Shown here: piece after piece, positions 29,583 to 47,875 of the stretch | How positions within the stretch are numbered: position 1 is the first letter of the stretch | Layout of the letters: each line of letters opens with the position of its first letter | From: Dictyostelium discoideum | Lineage: Eukaryota | Reading direction: 5' to 3' | DNA: 64,000 nucleotides | Assembly (NCBI GenBank): GCA_000004695.1 | Contig: CM000154.2 | Span: 3,808,001-3,872,000 of the forward strand | Program-made: the position numbers and the translations under genes | Notes under the pieces: model-generated | The model's database searches: none | What the model was told of the DNA's origin: nothing | What the model saw: only the letters and a program-made list of their open reading frames with translations

Positions 29583-29906
29583 AATAATGATGATAATGAA
29601 AGTAATAATAGCGGATATGGTGTAAGTAGTAATGGCAATAATATTAATAGTAGTGTTGGTGGAAGTGTTACTCATCATTTTTTATATCAAACTACACCAA
29701 CTAATAATGTAACACCTGTTTTATCAGATTTCTTTGATACCAACAGCTCAAATGGATCCAGTAAAGCAAATACAAATACCCACAATCTTGGAGTAAGAAA
29801 TTCAAGTAACATTTCATTCGATACTATCTCAACAAATCAATCAGACTCTGAACCTGTATTAGTTGAATATGATAACGATGATTTTGACATTTTATCTTAT
29901 AAATAA
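26823..29906 (+). CDS. F-BAR (FCH) domain + RhoGAP domain protein (srGAP/MEGAP-like), ~920 aa; 4 exons: join(26823..27268,27383..27527,27631..28928,29033..29906)
   Basis: F-BAR start YEALVRRSEIAIDQCKELLDFFKKRASEEEKYSKNISNMF. Exon 2 DTFQKGVSLLNKINDAESTIHRSFSQ…AIKDMEKSRKR. Exon 3 LLEDGKKLKNDLKD…CREMEQAKLELIEEGND… (coiled-coil F-BAR), Ser/Gln linker, then RhoGAP IFGVELEVLIENDN…VPLILTQFVQALLKLESFKMDGVFVSLPS…DVYLIASLFKNWIGDLPNPLISYAI. Exon 4 continues RhoGAP (Y)QEIIEAPDNAWKIIESGIPILHRRVLHYIIDFLVDFV…ISLIFTPVLIRSP. Donors are GTATGT/GTAATA/GTAAGT and phases are consistent. Confidence 0.8.
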
Positions 29907-30401
29907 AAGAAAAAAAAATAAAAAAATAAAAAAAAAAAACACTCTGTATATTCCAATTAAAAAAATAATAAAAATAATATTTTCACATTGTCAATAAAAA
30001 ATCTATTATAAATAAACTTGTTATTTCTATTTATTTATTTATTGTTTTTTTATTACTAAGGCTTCAAATAATGTACCACCTTTATTCATTGCTGTTGTTG
30101 TTGTTGTTGTTGTAATTGTTGTAGTACAACTGTTATTGATGTAGTTATGTGGTGTAATCATCTCTGTATTTGTTCACTAATATATCATGAATCCTGATAG
30201 AGATTAAGAAGATGAAGGTCACTTTGATTTAAAATGTCAACCAATTCAAGAAGAAGAAGAAATAGAGAGTTCAGTTAAAGAAAGAATAGGATGTTTTCAT
30301 ATTATTATACGGAAGTCAGTAGATGTAATTTGTCAAAATAGAGTTTGCAAAAAATCAAAATCTTCAAAAAAAATAAACTATATATCTTCAAAATAATTTA
30401 T

Positions 30402-30435
<34 letters not shown>

Positions 30436-30663
30436 AACTTGGTAAACTTTTTTTAAATTGTTTTATATTTTGTTTTCTTCTTTTTCTTCCAAGTTAAAAC
30501 TGGAAATTAAAAAAAAAAAAAAAAAATTGTTTGCTTGCATTATTTTAATTCCACACAATAATTTTTTTTTTTTTTTTTTTTTTTTTCATTTTTTTTTTTT
30601 TTTAAATTTTTATTTTATTTTTAATTTCAGTTTAATAATTAAATAAATAAAAAACTATTAAAA

Positions 30664-31742
30664 ATGACAGATGCACAAATCGAAAACAAATTTAAATTAG
30701 CGGTAGATTATATAACAAATAACTCTGGAAAGTTAAGTAATATTAAGAATGAAGAACAATTATATTTATATTGTAACTATAAACAAGCCACAATTGGAGA
30801 TTGTAATACAAAAGCACCACCATTCTATGACTATATAGGTAAATCGAAATGGTAAAATAAAATATATTTTTCAATTAGTTTTTTTTTTTTTTCAATTTTA
30901 ATTTAATTTTAACTAATTTTAATTATTATTATTATTATTATTTTTTAAAAAAAATTATAGGAATAGTTGGAATTCATTAAAAGGTGTTGAAAAAATTGTT
31001 GCAATGAATAGTTATATAAGTTTAGTAAATGCATTATCACCTGGATGGGATAGTAATATAAAAGTTGAACGAGCAACACAAAGTGTTTTTTTAAATGATG
31101 AAGAATTTAAAGAATTGGAAAAGAAAGAAAAAGAAGAAAAAGAAGAATTAAAAAAATTAGAAGAAGAAAATGGTGGTGAAATTGAAAAACCAAAATCAAA
31201 ATGGATGGGTCCAGTTTTAAGTAAATTTTCATTAGTAGATGATGAAACTTTAGAAAAATTAGAAAAGAATACGTATGTATTTAATTTAATTTAATTTATA
31301 ATAATAATTTAAATTAATTTAATAATAATGTTTTTTTTAATTAATTAATTAATTTTTTTAAATAATTATTTCCAGTAAACAAGATTTAGGATATTGGGTT
31401 AGTGTTAATGATATTGAAAGAGTTAAAAAAGAAATTGAAAATGATAAAAATATAATTAATGAAGTTGATGAAGATGGTAGAACAGCTTTAATATGGGCAT
31501 GTGATAGAGGTTATTTTGAAATTGCAAAACTCTTAATTGAAAATGGTTCAAATGTAAATGTTCAAGATGGTGAAGGAATGACACCACTTCATTATGCAGT
31601 AGTTTGTGATCAATTTGAAATTTGTAAACTTTTACTCTCTCAATCATCAATTGATAAATCAATTAAAGATAATTCTGACTCAATTCCATCTGATTTTATT
31701 GATTCTTCAACAAGTGAAAATATTAAATCTTTATTTAAATAG
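30664..31742 (+). CDS. acyl-CoA-binding domain protein with C-terminal ankyrin repeats (ACBD6-like), ~288 aa; 3 exons: join(30664..30851,30961..31272,31376..31742)
   Basis: Exon 1 [63 protein letters not shown] is the ACBP fold with the KQATxGD motif. Phase-2 donor GTAAAA, acceptor tatag, then [25 protein letters not shown] (ACBP helix 4). Exon 3 after donor GTATGT/acceptor tccag holds the ankyrin repeats [57 protein letters not shown]. Confidence 0.8.
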
Positions 31743-32206
31743 TCTTTAATAATAAATTATAAAAAGATAAAATAAAAAAATAAAAAAAATAAATAAAAAA
31801 AAAATAAAAAAAAAATTAATAACAAATAATTTTCTAAACAAATAATTTAAATTATTTAAATTTTCTTTTTTTTATTTTATTTTATTTTTATTTTTTTTTT
31901 TTTTTTTTGATAGAAATTAATTTATTTGTTGTAAATAATTATTTTTTTTTTTTTAATTATTTTTAATATTAATTTCCCTGTTTTTTATTTATTTTACTGG
32001 TGGTAATCAGAAACAGAAATATTGCACCAGTTTTAATGTTAACAAATATCTTTAAAACAAAAAAAAAATAAAAAAAAAAAGTAAAAAAAAAAAAATTAAA
32101 AAAAAAAAAAAAGAAAACCATTTTGTATAAATAAATTAATAAAACAAAATCATTTTTTAAAATATACAGTTATAAATATTATTTTTTTTTTTTTTTTTTT
32201 TTTTAT

Positions 32207-35200
32207 TTAAACAATCGTTTGACTAATTTTAAGATCAGATGGATCAACTTCGTATGGAGTATCGTCTGGTAAAATGATATTATTATTGTTAATATCATTG
32301 TTATTATCATTATTACTATTATTACTATTTTTATTGGTATCATTTTCTTCAGCATTCTTCTTATTATTTAATTCGCTAATAACCTGTGGGATAGTATCTT
32401 TATGGTGAATTACCAAAGAAGAGATTGGACATTTTGACCAATAAGGTTCATCATCAAGATTCTGATCAGAATCATCACTAGAACGAAGATTATCCATTTC
32501 AACTTCTACATGACCATCAGTGATTTCGCCAGCTTTACCCAATGGATTAGCACTACCACTATTGTTAAGATTACCAGAGCTACCATGGTTACCAGATTTA
32601 CTGAACGAACCACCACGATGGGCAGAAGCAGATAGATTATTTGTACTACCATTTTTAATATGTGGATGATCATCAAACTCTTCAAGATGCTCAATATCTC
32701 TTTCAGGTAATGGAGAGTTAGTGGAAGGATTCTTTTTATAACCTGGTAAATGAACCATTGATAAAGATTTCTTCATAATGTCAATACCTGGTACATGGAA
32801 AGATGGGAAAGAGTTGATATTTTGTTTAGTTGGTTCAAATGGTACAATTAAAAGATCATAATTTGAACATTCACTTAATAAAACCTTTAATCTTGAACGT
32901 TGTGGTTTATAGATTACATTAATTGATGATCTGTTCTTTCCATTGATTACAGACTCTAAATGAGTTTCAAACTTTTTAAATCCAACAACATTGTTTTGAT
33001 TTGAACTTGTTGCAATTGAACCACTATTGATTGAATCGGCACCAGTGGCTGAGCTTGGTGTATTAATTGGTAATTGATTTTCACCAATCATTGGAGTTGG
33101 TTGCATTGAATGAATATTATTAATATCTAAATGAGTTGTTGGTGTAATTTCACTTTGAGCTAAAGTATTATCTGCGCTTATATGATGTCTATGAGTTAAA
33201 ATTGAATTATTTTGACCACTAGATATTAATTCATTATTATTATTATTATTATTATTATTGTTATTATTGTTATTATTATTAATATCACTATCAGCAATTG
33301 GTTGACTATGAATTAATAATTTTGAATCTTGAGTAGATGATTTAAGTTTCTTTTGTTGTTCCCAATATAATTCATTATCGAAAACAATGATTGTTATTTT
33401 TGTATTATTTGAAGAAGCCATTGTATTTGCAATGTTTAATGCTTCTTGATCATTTGGATTTCTTTGAGCATTATAAGCTAAAAGTATTCTCTTGAAACGA
33501 TGATAACCACCTCTTGAACCTGATTTATCAGTGAATAAACCAACATGAGAATTTGAATTTTTAATTAAACTATATACAACATCACTACTTAGATTACCGC
33601 CTCTACCATGTCCTTGTCTACTACCTTCACCAATGATTATTAAACCTGCACCTCTACTCTCTGAGAATTCCAAAACATCTTTGGAAAGATTATCATTATC
33701 GGATACGATTGATTTGATTGAGATTTTCATTTTCAAATGTTGACTTTGTGCTGAAAGATGTGTGAAAGCCTCCTTTGACATATCTTTACGAATTTGACTT
33801 ATGAAATCTGATGGTCTATCATTCACCTCTGCCAATGCTAATAAATAAATCTTTTTCAATTTTCTACGAGTGAAACCTGTTGCTTGAACTTTGTTACCAA
33901 TACAATAACCTAAATCAACTAATGATGGACCAATATCTAAACTACTGGTACAAAGTACAACAGTTTGTTCACCTGGTATGGCCTTCTTTGGTTTCTTATT
34001 GAATAATGAAATGATTGGACTTGTTAAGATTGTTGTGAAAACTGCCATTAACACCATAATACCAAACACATTTTTTTCAATGATTTTAAAATCTAATCCT
34101 AAATTCAATACAATCAATTCTACTAAACCTCTTGTATTCATTAAAACACCAATATAGAAGGAGTCACGTGTACTTGAACCTAAAATCTTTGCCATAATAC
34201 CTGCACCGAAAATTTTACCAGCACATGCACAACTAATGATTACCAATACACCTAACCAAGATTCACCGGTATTCAATGTGGTAAGGTCAGTTCTTAAACC
34301 AGAGATAACAAAATACAATGGTAAAAGGAATACTAAAACCAAATCTTCAATCTTTTCAGTAATTGCTTGATTGAAACCATGTGTCTTTGGTATGACTGCT
34401 CCCAATGTAAATGCGCCAAACATTGCATGAATACCAATCCATTCAGTTGCTAATGAACAAAGGAATAAAAGGAAAACCGTACCCGACATGATGATATTGG
34501 ATGGGTGTGGTGCATGTCCGTGAGAATCCAATTTCCAAATTCTACCCACAACTCTCAATAGCACCGGTCTGACCACCACAATCAAAATCACCACAAATAC
34601 TGCCGATGCCAACAATGTCCATAGGGCATCCAATGATCCTGCAGAGCCTGCCAATGACACAGACACACCCAATAGAATCCAACCGCAAATATCATTGATA
34701 GCAGCGCATGCAATTGCAAGAATACCAATCTTTGTTGCTAATAACTTTCTTGCGGTGAGAATACGTGCCAACACTGGGAATGCTGTAATGCACAATGCCA
34801 CACCAATGAAAATACCCAATGAATAACTCCATACGGTATTTTGAATCTCTGCCAAGTAAACCGATGCTGCAATACCCAACCCAAATGGAATTGCAATCGA
34901 TGCTGCTGAAATCAATAATGATGTCTTAATTTGTCCTTTAAATAAAGTTGGATCTAATTCCAACCCAATGATAAACATAAAAAATACCAACCCAATTTGT
35001 GCAAATACATTTAAAATCTTTAATGATGCATCTGTAAATAAATGTGATGAAAATCCTGGTATTTTACCTAACGCCGTTGGTCCTAACAATATACCAGATA
35101 TAATCTCTGCTATCACTGGTGGTTGTTGAATCTTGGCAAATAACCATGTTACACATCTTGATATAAATATAATTAATAAACATTGAACTAAAAATAATCC

Positions 35201-35233
35201 TACATCTTCATGTAATGGGTTTGCTGTTACCAT
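32207..35233 (-). CDS. monovalent cation:proton antiporter, CPA2 family (Kef/CHX-like Na+,K+/H+ exchanger) with long hydrophilic C-terminal domain, 1008 aa
   Basis: N-terminal PLHEDVGLFLVQCLLIIFISRCVTWLFAKIQQPPVIAEIISGILLGPTALGKIPGF is the canonical CPA2/CHX entry motif. It is followed by about 12 predicted TM helices (…GLELDPTLF…, …ILARILTARKLLATKIG…). The C-terminal ~550 aa is soluble. Single exon. Confidence 0.85.
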   Translation of the reverse strand: MVTANPLHEDVGLFLVQCLLIIFISRCVTWLFAKIQQPPVIAEIISGILLGPTALGKIPGFSSHLFTDASLKILNVFAQIGLVFFMFIIGLELDPTLFKGQIKTSLLISAASIAIPFGLGIAASVYLAEIQNTVWSYSLGIFIGVALCITAFPVLARILTARKLLATKIGILAIACAAINDICGWILLGVSVSLAGSAGSLDALWTLLASAVFVVILIVVVRPVLLRVVGRIWKLDSHGHAPHPSNIIMSGTVFLLFLCSLATEWIGIHAMFGAFTLGAVIPKTHGFNQAITEKIEDLVLVFLLPLYFVISGLRTDLTTLNTGESWLGVLVIISCACAGKIFGAGIMAKILGSSTRDSFYIGVLMNTRGLVELIVLNLGLDFKIIEKNVFGIMVLMAVFTTILTSPIISLFNKKPKKAIPGEQTVVLCTSSLDIGPSLVDLGYCIGNKVQATGFTRRKLKKIYLLALAEVNDRPSDFISQIRKDMSKEAFTHLSAQSQHLKMKISIKSIVSDNDNLSKDVLEFSESRGAGLIIIGEGSRQGHGRGGNLSSDVVYSLIKNSNSHVGLFTDKSGSRGGYHRFKRILLAYNAQRNPNDQEALNIANTMASSNNTKITIIVFDNELYWEQQKKLKSSTQDSKLLIHSQPIADSDINNNNNNNNNNNNNNNNELISSGQNNSILTHRHHISADNTLAQSEITPTTHLDINNIHSMQPTPMIGENQLPINTPSSATGADSINSGSIATSSNQNNVVGFKKFETHLESVINGKNRSSINVIYKPQRSRLKVLLSECSNYDLLIVPFEPTKQNINSFPSFHVPGIDIMKKSLSMVHLPGYKKNPSTNSPLPERDIEHLEEFDDHPHIKNGSTNNLSASAHRGGSFSKSGNHGSSGNLNNSGSANPLGKAGEITDGHVEVEMDNLRSSDDSDQNLDDEPYWSKCPISSLVIHHKDTIPQVISELNNKKNAEENDTNKNSNNSNNDNNNDINNNNIILPDDTPYEVDPSDLKISQTIV

Positions 35234-36888
35234 AGTTTTATTCTTTTATTTATTTTCCCTTTTCTCTTTTTAAATATTATTTATTATTATTTATTATTAT
35301 TATTTTACTTTTTTTTTTTAATATGTGAAAATTTGTAAAATTAATATTTATTTTTTATTTTTTTATTATTTTTTTTTTTTATATATATATAAATATTAAT
35401 TTAATTTTTTTTTAAAATTAAAGTGAATTCATATTGTTTTTTAATTATTATAATTTCTATTTATTTTGAAGAATTATGGATAATAAAAAAAAATTACCTA
35501 CCTTTTTTTTAATTTGGTAAACAACTTCCTATTTATAGAAATCTGGATATTATATTAGATATTTAAATAAATTCTTTTGGAAAATAAAAAGGAAGAAAAT
35601 AAAAAGTTAAATAAGTTAGTTGGGTTTCGTTGTGTTTTTCTTTTAAAAAAAAAAAAATAAAAAAAATAAATTAAAAATAAAAAAATAAAAATTATTTTAA
35701 AATAAAAAAAAAAAAAAAAAAATATCTTTTTTTCTGTTGCAGTCGACTGTTTTTTTTTTTACTTTTTTAAAAATGCAAATGGACAAAATTAAATAACTAC
35801 CCGCTTAGTTTTTTTTTTTTCTTTTTTTTTTTTTTGTATAATTTTTTTTTATTTATTTATTTATTTCATTTGATTAGATGATAATAAAAAAAAAAAAATA
35901 AAAAAAAATTATAAATGAAAAAAAAAACTCATAGATTTTTATTTTTTTTTTTATAATATTATTTTTATTTATTTATTTTTATTTATTTTTATTTTTATTT
36001 TTATTTATTTATTTATTTTTTAATTATTTTTTTTTTTTCTTATAAATAAAAATAATTTTTATATTTTTCTTTTAAATTATTCCGATTGTTACAATAATAA
36101 AAATATCAGAGTGGAAAAGTAAAAATTTTCAAAAAAAAAAGATTGATAAAGATTTGTAAAATAATAAATGTGGGGGTGCAATGATTACTTTAAAAGAATG
36201 AGTTGGTCCTTTTTGATTATTTAGTTTTATTTTTAAAAAAATAAAAAAAAAAAAAGTATTAAAGACAATTTTAAGAAAAAAACTATTATGATTTATATTT
36301 ATATTTAATTTTTATTATAAATATTATTACAATTACAAAAATAATAAAAAATAAAAAAAAAAAATAAAAAAAAAAAAAAAATAAAAAAAAAAATTAAATA
36401 ATAATATTTAATTGTCATCAAAAAATAAACAAAAAAAAAAAGCATATATATACATATTTACATATTGTGGTAAGGAATTTTTTTCATGTACACAAATAAA
36501 CCAATAAACAAAAAAACAATAAAATATATTAAAAAAGATAAAAAAGGGTATATGTGTGTTTAGTGTGTGAAAAAGTGGGGTTTATTTATTTATTTTTATT
36601 TTTATTTTTTTTGTTTTTTTTATTATTATTTATTTATTTTTATTTTTATTTTTTTTTTATTTTTTTTACAATTATTATATTACTTTAATATTTATTATAA
36701 AAATAAAAATGTGAGGAGAAAAGGAAAACAAAAAAGAAAAAAAATAAAAAATTAAAAAAAAATAAAAAGATTATAGTGTCACAATTAAAATAATTAGCGT
36801 ACCTTTTTTTTTTTTAATATTAAAAAATATTTATAGTAATAATCCGATTATTATAAAGTTTAGTTTGGGAAAATAAAAATAAATAAAG

Positions 36889-36930
<42 letters not shown>

Positions 36931-37620
36931 ATTTTTAAAAATGTATGTGTAGGGCGAAAAAATAAAAATAAAAATAAAAATAATTTGTTAGTGTAAAAGA
37001 AATCGTATGAAGCCAGGCTCAAATCCAAACCTTTTAAAAATTCAATCTTTTTTTTTTTAATTTTTTAATTTTTTTTAATTTTTTTTTTTATTTTTTGTTT
37101 TTTTTGTTTTTTTTTTTTATACAATTTTTGACAATTACCAGTCAAATTAAACAAAAAAATTTTCCGTGGAAGTATGTGTCGCTTTATTATAAACAAATAA
37201 TACTGGGATTGAAAAATTTACGTTAATAAATAGAAAAAACAATCAAAATAAACGGTTAATTTTTTTTTTTTTTTTAAAAAAGATATTTTTAAACTTCAAT
37301 AATATCAGATCAAAAAACTTCTTCTTTTTCGAAATGTTTGATTTGATTTGATTTATTTACGTTCTCAAGAATGTTTCGCTTAGTTATCAATTTATATTTA
37401 TAGAGCCATAATATAATAATAATAATGCAAAAAAATATTCACAGTAAAATTGAAAAAGCAATTTTTATTTTTATTTTTTTTTCCACAAGAAATTTTTTTT
37501 TTTTTTTTTAAAGAATTTAAATTGTACAAAAACCTTCATTGGTAGAGCCACGCTTTTCAATCACTTTTATATAATAAAAAAATTGAACTCGAGCAGATTT
37601 CAACTAAACAACATCAACAT

Positions 37621-37693
37621 GTCGGGTTGGCTCAGTTGGTAGAGCGTAGGTCTCATAATCCTAAGGTCCAGAGTTCGATCCTCTGACTCGACA
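37621..37693 (+). tRNA. tRNA-Met (anticodon CAT), 73 nt, no encoded CCA
   Basis: Cloverleaf read by hand. Acceptor GTCGGGT/ACTCGAC (one G·T). D-arm GCTC-AGTTGGTA-GAGC. Anticodon arm TAGGT-CTCATAA-TCCTA (anticodon CAT at 34-36). Variable loop AGGTC. T-arm CAGAG-TTCGATC-CTCTG. Box A (TGGCTCAGTTGG) and box B (GGTTCGATCC) are both present. Confidence 0.85.
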
Positions 37694-37726
37694 ATTATTT
37701 TTTCAATAATACTCCTTTAAGATCAA

Positions 37727-37737
37727 GGGTTCGACTC
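37727..37737 (+). promoter_or_regulatory. external B-box-like element (GGGTTCGACTC) ~34 bp downstream of the tRNA-Met gene
   Basis: The sequence closely matches the B-box consensus GGTTCGAnTCC and sits just after the tRNA. Dictyostelium tRNA genes commonly carry such an ex-B box. Also upstream (37546..37557) there is a D-loop-like TGGTAGAGCCAC fragment. Confidence 0.4.
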
Positions 37738-37983
37738 TTATTCTGTATTAATAAGCCATGTTTGGAATCTCTATATTTTTTTTAATATCCTAATACTTTT
37801 AAACAAATTAGTGTTTATTTTATTCCGTTAATTCTTTTATCATTACAATAGTTGATTAATTCGTTCATTGATATGATATTATCTATAATGAATCTGCCTT
37901 CAGCTAAATGATAAGCCTATAAACAAATACTAAATAAAAACTCGTATTAACACAGATGGACATATATCAATCTTGTTAGTCCA

Positions 37984-38026
<43 letters not shown>

Positions 38027-38544
38027 ATTTTAATTTATTTAATTTTTTTAAAAAAATTTCAAAAAAAATCAACAATTCATAAATAAGCTAAATTAACTAT
38101 CTTCTTTGCTTTGTTTGAAATTTCATTTGCATACAATGAATTCAACCATTTTTGAAAATAAATTGTTGATAATCACCAAATGATAAAGTCCTATTCCTCA
38201 CCCAGCCGATATCGACTCACAAGAATTAGGTGTCCATGAAGAAGGTATGGCCTGAATCCTTGCTTTTGCCAAACAAATCAAGAAATTTGTCACTTCAATC
38301 TTTAAATTTGGAATTTCAAAATATAATTTCTCAAAAATTTCTTTAAATAAAATTCAATAAATTAAATATCCACAAACATTAGGTTATAAATATTTTTATT
38401 TTATTTTATTTTATTTTATTTTATTTTATTTTAATTTATTTTTTTTTATTTTATTTTTTTTTTTTTTTTTTTTTTTTTTTATTTTTATTTTTCTTTTTTA
38501 AATTAAAAAAAAAAAAAAAATCGTTATTTTTCAACCACAATAAT

Positions 38545-41100
<2,556 letters not shown>

Positions 41101-41198
41101 AAATAAATAAAATAATAATAGTATTTTAAATGTGTATTATTATTATGTACAATTAAAAATAAATGATTATTTTTTTAATTATTTTATTTATATTTTAA

Positions 41199-41626
41199 TT
41201 ATTCATCCCAATCATCTTCACCAAAACTATTTTCCAAAGAGAATTGTTCAGTTTGTTGTTGTTGTTGTTGTTTTTGTTGATTTGATGGTTTTATATTTTC
41301 ACTATCATTTTTTTTATTATTTATTGTATTGACTTCATTATCTTCATTGTTCCTTTGTTTTTTATTATTTGATGAAAAAGATGATAATTGATCATCATTG
41401 TCATCATCATCATTTTCTTCATAGTTTAGGTCATCTTCTATTCTACTGGATATATCTTGAATATCATATATACTATAATCAAATTGTTCTTCTTCTATAT
41501 ACATTGATTCCTCTTCAATTAAGTTATAATCTATATTTTCATTAAAATCTTCTACAATTGTAAAACTTTCATCATTTTCTTCTTCTTTTTGTTGTTGTTC
41601 CTCAACTTTAATATTATTATTCTTTA

Positions 41627-41670
<44 letters not shown>

Positions 41671-42149
41671 GGGTTATTTAGATTATGATTATTTGTTTTA
41701 TTTTTATTATTATTTAAAAATAAAGTTCCATTTGGATCAATTAACTTTTTATAATATTTATAAAAAATATGAATTACTTCATAAGTCCATAGTGATTCTC
41801 TATTTGGTTTATCAGATAAATCTAATACATTTATATATACAATATCAAATTGATTATTATTAATTTCTCTTGAATTTTCAAAGGATTCATCATTCTCTGA
41901 TTTTGGAAAAAGTTCTAATGTCATTTGTAAATATTGACCAACTTTAAATGGAAATAAATCATTTATTCCAATTAAAAATGTATCTGATCCATCATCTAAC
42001 ATTATATAATTTTGATTTTTCTCTACAACTATACCTTGAACTAGTAGTGAAATAATATTCATCTCTCCTAAATTGAACTTTGTTTCCTCATTTTCAACTT
42101 TAACTTTTATTTTACTTAAAAATGATAAAAATATTTTTACTAATTCCAT
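41199..42149 (-). CDS. OB-fold protein resembling RMI2 (RecQ-mediated genome instability protein 2), with acidic/Asn-rich C-terminal extension
   Basis: ISLLVQGIVVEKNQNYIMLDDGSDTFLI … VLDLSDKPNRESLWTYEVIHIFYK parallels human RMI2 [26 protein letters not shown] … [23 protein letters not shown]. This is remembered similarity, not a computed alignment. Confidence 0.45.
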
Positions 42150-42224
42150 TATTTTTTTATCTTTTTTTTTTTTTTTTTTTTTTTACAACAACACGGTGTA
42201 AAAATAAATGAAATTAAAAATAAA

Positions 42225-42256
<32 letters not shown>

Positions 42257-42327
42257 ATCTGAAAAATAAAATTGGTTGAATTCAAAGAAAATTATTTATT
42301 TTTAAAACAAATAAAATAAATTTTTTT

Positions 42328-45714
<3,387 letters not shown>

Positions 45715-45978
45715 CTTTTAGTATTACTATTAATATTATTAAAATAATATTACAAAAAAAGAAAATAAATAAATAAATAAATAAATATATATGAATATAT
45801 ATTACTTTGGAAAAAGATAAAAAAAAAAAAAAAAAAACCAAAACGCTGTCTCGCAAAATTAAAAAAAAAAAAAAAAAATTTAAAAAAAAAATCTATTTTT
45901 TTTTTTTTTTTTTTTTTAAATTATTGCTCATATTTTTACCAATTTTATAAAAATAAAAATAATTATTTTATTATTAAA

Positions 45979-47303
45979 ATGATTAAATCACCAATTAAAG
46001 TTAAATTATCATCAACAGTCATAGTTTTATTAAAATGGGGAGTTGATAAATTACCAAAATCAATTAATAAGAAACCATTAAAAAATTATGATTATAGAGT
46101 AATGTTAGTTAAAAGATCAAATCAAATTAAATTCTTTCCATCAGCACATGTTTTTCCAGGTGGTGCAGTTGATGAAAATGATAATTCTAAAGAATGGGAA
46201 CAAGTTATTGAAAAACCAATACCATCAAATCTTTCAATTAGAATTAGTGCATTAAGAGAAATCTTTGAAGAAACTAATTTCTTTTTGGACAAGAATGAAA
46301 AATTAATAAATGATAAAAATAAACCAATAATTGAAAAACTTCAAAGTGATTTAATGAATAAAGAAACTTCAAAAACTAATAACTTTTTATTAAATTTCAT
46401 TAAAGATAGTGGTATTAAATTAAAACTTGACCAACTATATCAATGGGCAAGGTTTGTTATCTTAAAATATACATATATATATATATTTTCTAAACACTTT
46501 TGACATATTAACAATTTTAATTTTTTTTTATTTAATTTTTTTTTATTTTTAATAATATCCTTTTATGTCTAAATAATAATATTAAAATAAAAAAAATAAA
46601 AAATTATCAATTTAATTTTTTAATTTTTTATTTTTTATTTTTTATTTTTATAAACTTTATTTTAATATAAAAATAAAAAATATATAGATGGATAACACCA
46701 ATATTAGGACCAAAACAAACTCATAGATTTGATACATATTTTTATGTTATTCCAATTTATCAATATCCTGAATCATGTAAAATTGATGGTACAGAAAATG
46801 TTGAAATGGATTGGCTTTCACCTGAAGAAGCATTAGAAGAACATAGAATCGGTAAAATTAGTTTACCACCACCAACTTGGTTTACATTTCATCAACTTTC
46901 AAAATGTCATACTATCGATCAAGTTATTGAATTAGCTAAAGAAAGAGACTCTTTAGATATTTTATATGATCCAATAATGACAAAACCAACAATACCTTCA
47001 AATGCATCAACAAATTTACCACAAGAAAGATATCAAGTTTTATCTGGTGACTATATTTATGAACAAGAAAAACAAAAACAACAACAACAACAACAATCTT
47101 CTGATTCTTCAACAAATCCAAATTCAAATTCAAATCCAAATCCAAATCTAAATCCAAGTCATAAAAATAGAATTATAACACGTAGTAGAATTGGCGATTT
47201 AAATGATCAATTCTCTTGGATTTATGAATATCAAAATAATATTCCTGGCTCGGTTGATAGTCAAATTGATGGTGCCAATACAATTTTACCACCAAAACTT
47301 TAA
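45979..47303 (+). CDS. Nudix hydrolase (NUDT19/CoA-pyrophosphatase-like), ~362 aa; 2 exons: join(45979..46451,46688..47303)
   Basis: Nudix box GGAVDENDNSKEWEQVIEKPIPSNLSIRISALREIFEETNFF (Gx5Ex7REUxEExGU pattern). Phase-2 donor GTTTGT at 46452 and acceptor atatag at 46687 give …QWA-R-WITPILGPKQTHRFDTYFYV…. This divergent promoter is shared with EFR3 (265 bp). Confidence 0.8.
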
Positions 47304-47512
47304 AAAAAAAAAAAAAAAAAAAAGACACAAATCAAAAACCACCCTATCTTTTATTATTAATAATTATAATTAAGAGAATCACCATCCCCAAAAAAACACA
47401 TTGGAAATATATATATTATATGGATGACAGCATCCAAACAATATTTATAAAATAATAATAATATATTATTTCAATTAAGAAAAAAAAAAAAAAAAAAAAA
47501 AAAACTATCACC

Positions 47513-47865
47513 CAAATTAATTCTTTCAAATAATAAAATAAAATAAAATTTATATATTACAGAATTTTAAATTAATTTATTTTTAAATTTCCAGTTTCTT
47601 TATCAGCACAAGAATAAATTTTGAAGTGATCCAACATAAATTAAATGATAATGTTCAGCTATTTTTTTTTTTTTTTTTTTTATTAAATATATTAAATAAT
47701 TAGTATACATTTTTGTTTTTGTTTTAATTAAAAAAATAAAAATAAAATACACTTACCAACAGTAACAATTTATGTCTAAAATGTAATAAACCAAAATCAT
47801 AATTAAAAATTCCTCTACCCATGAATAATGGCGGTGAAATACCAGTTAGATATTTCAAATTAATT
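47513..47865 (-). pseudogene. degenerate partial duplicate of the 3' end of the downstream DGAT2-family gene (3' flank + exon 3 with internal deletions + intron 2 + ~120 nt of exon 2)
   Basis: 47513..47590 matches 48655..48740, the 3' flank of the real gene. 47591..47660 matches exon 3 but lacks two internal segments. 47745..47865 matches the exon-2 3' end. It translates on the minus strand as …[29 protein letters not shown] versus the real …[29 protein letters not shown]. Homology stops abruptly at ~47866. Confidence 0.55.
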
Positions 47866-47875
47866 GTTCTGGTGC

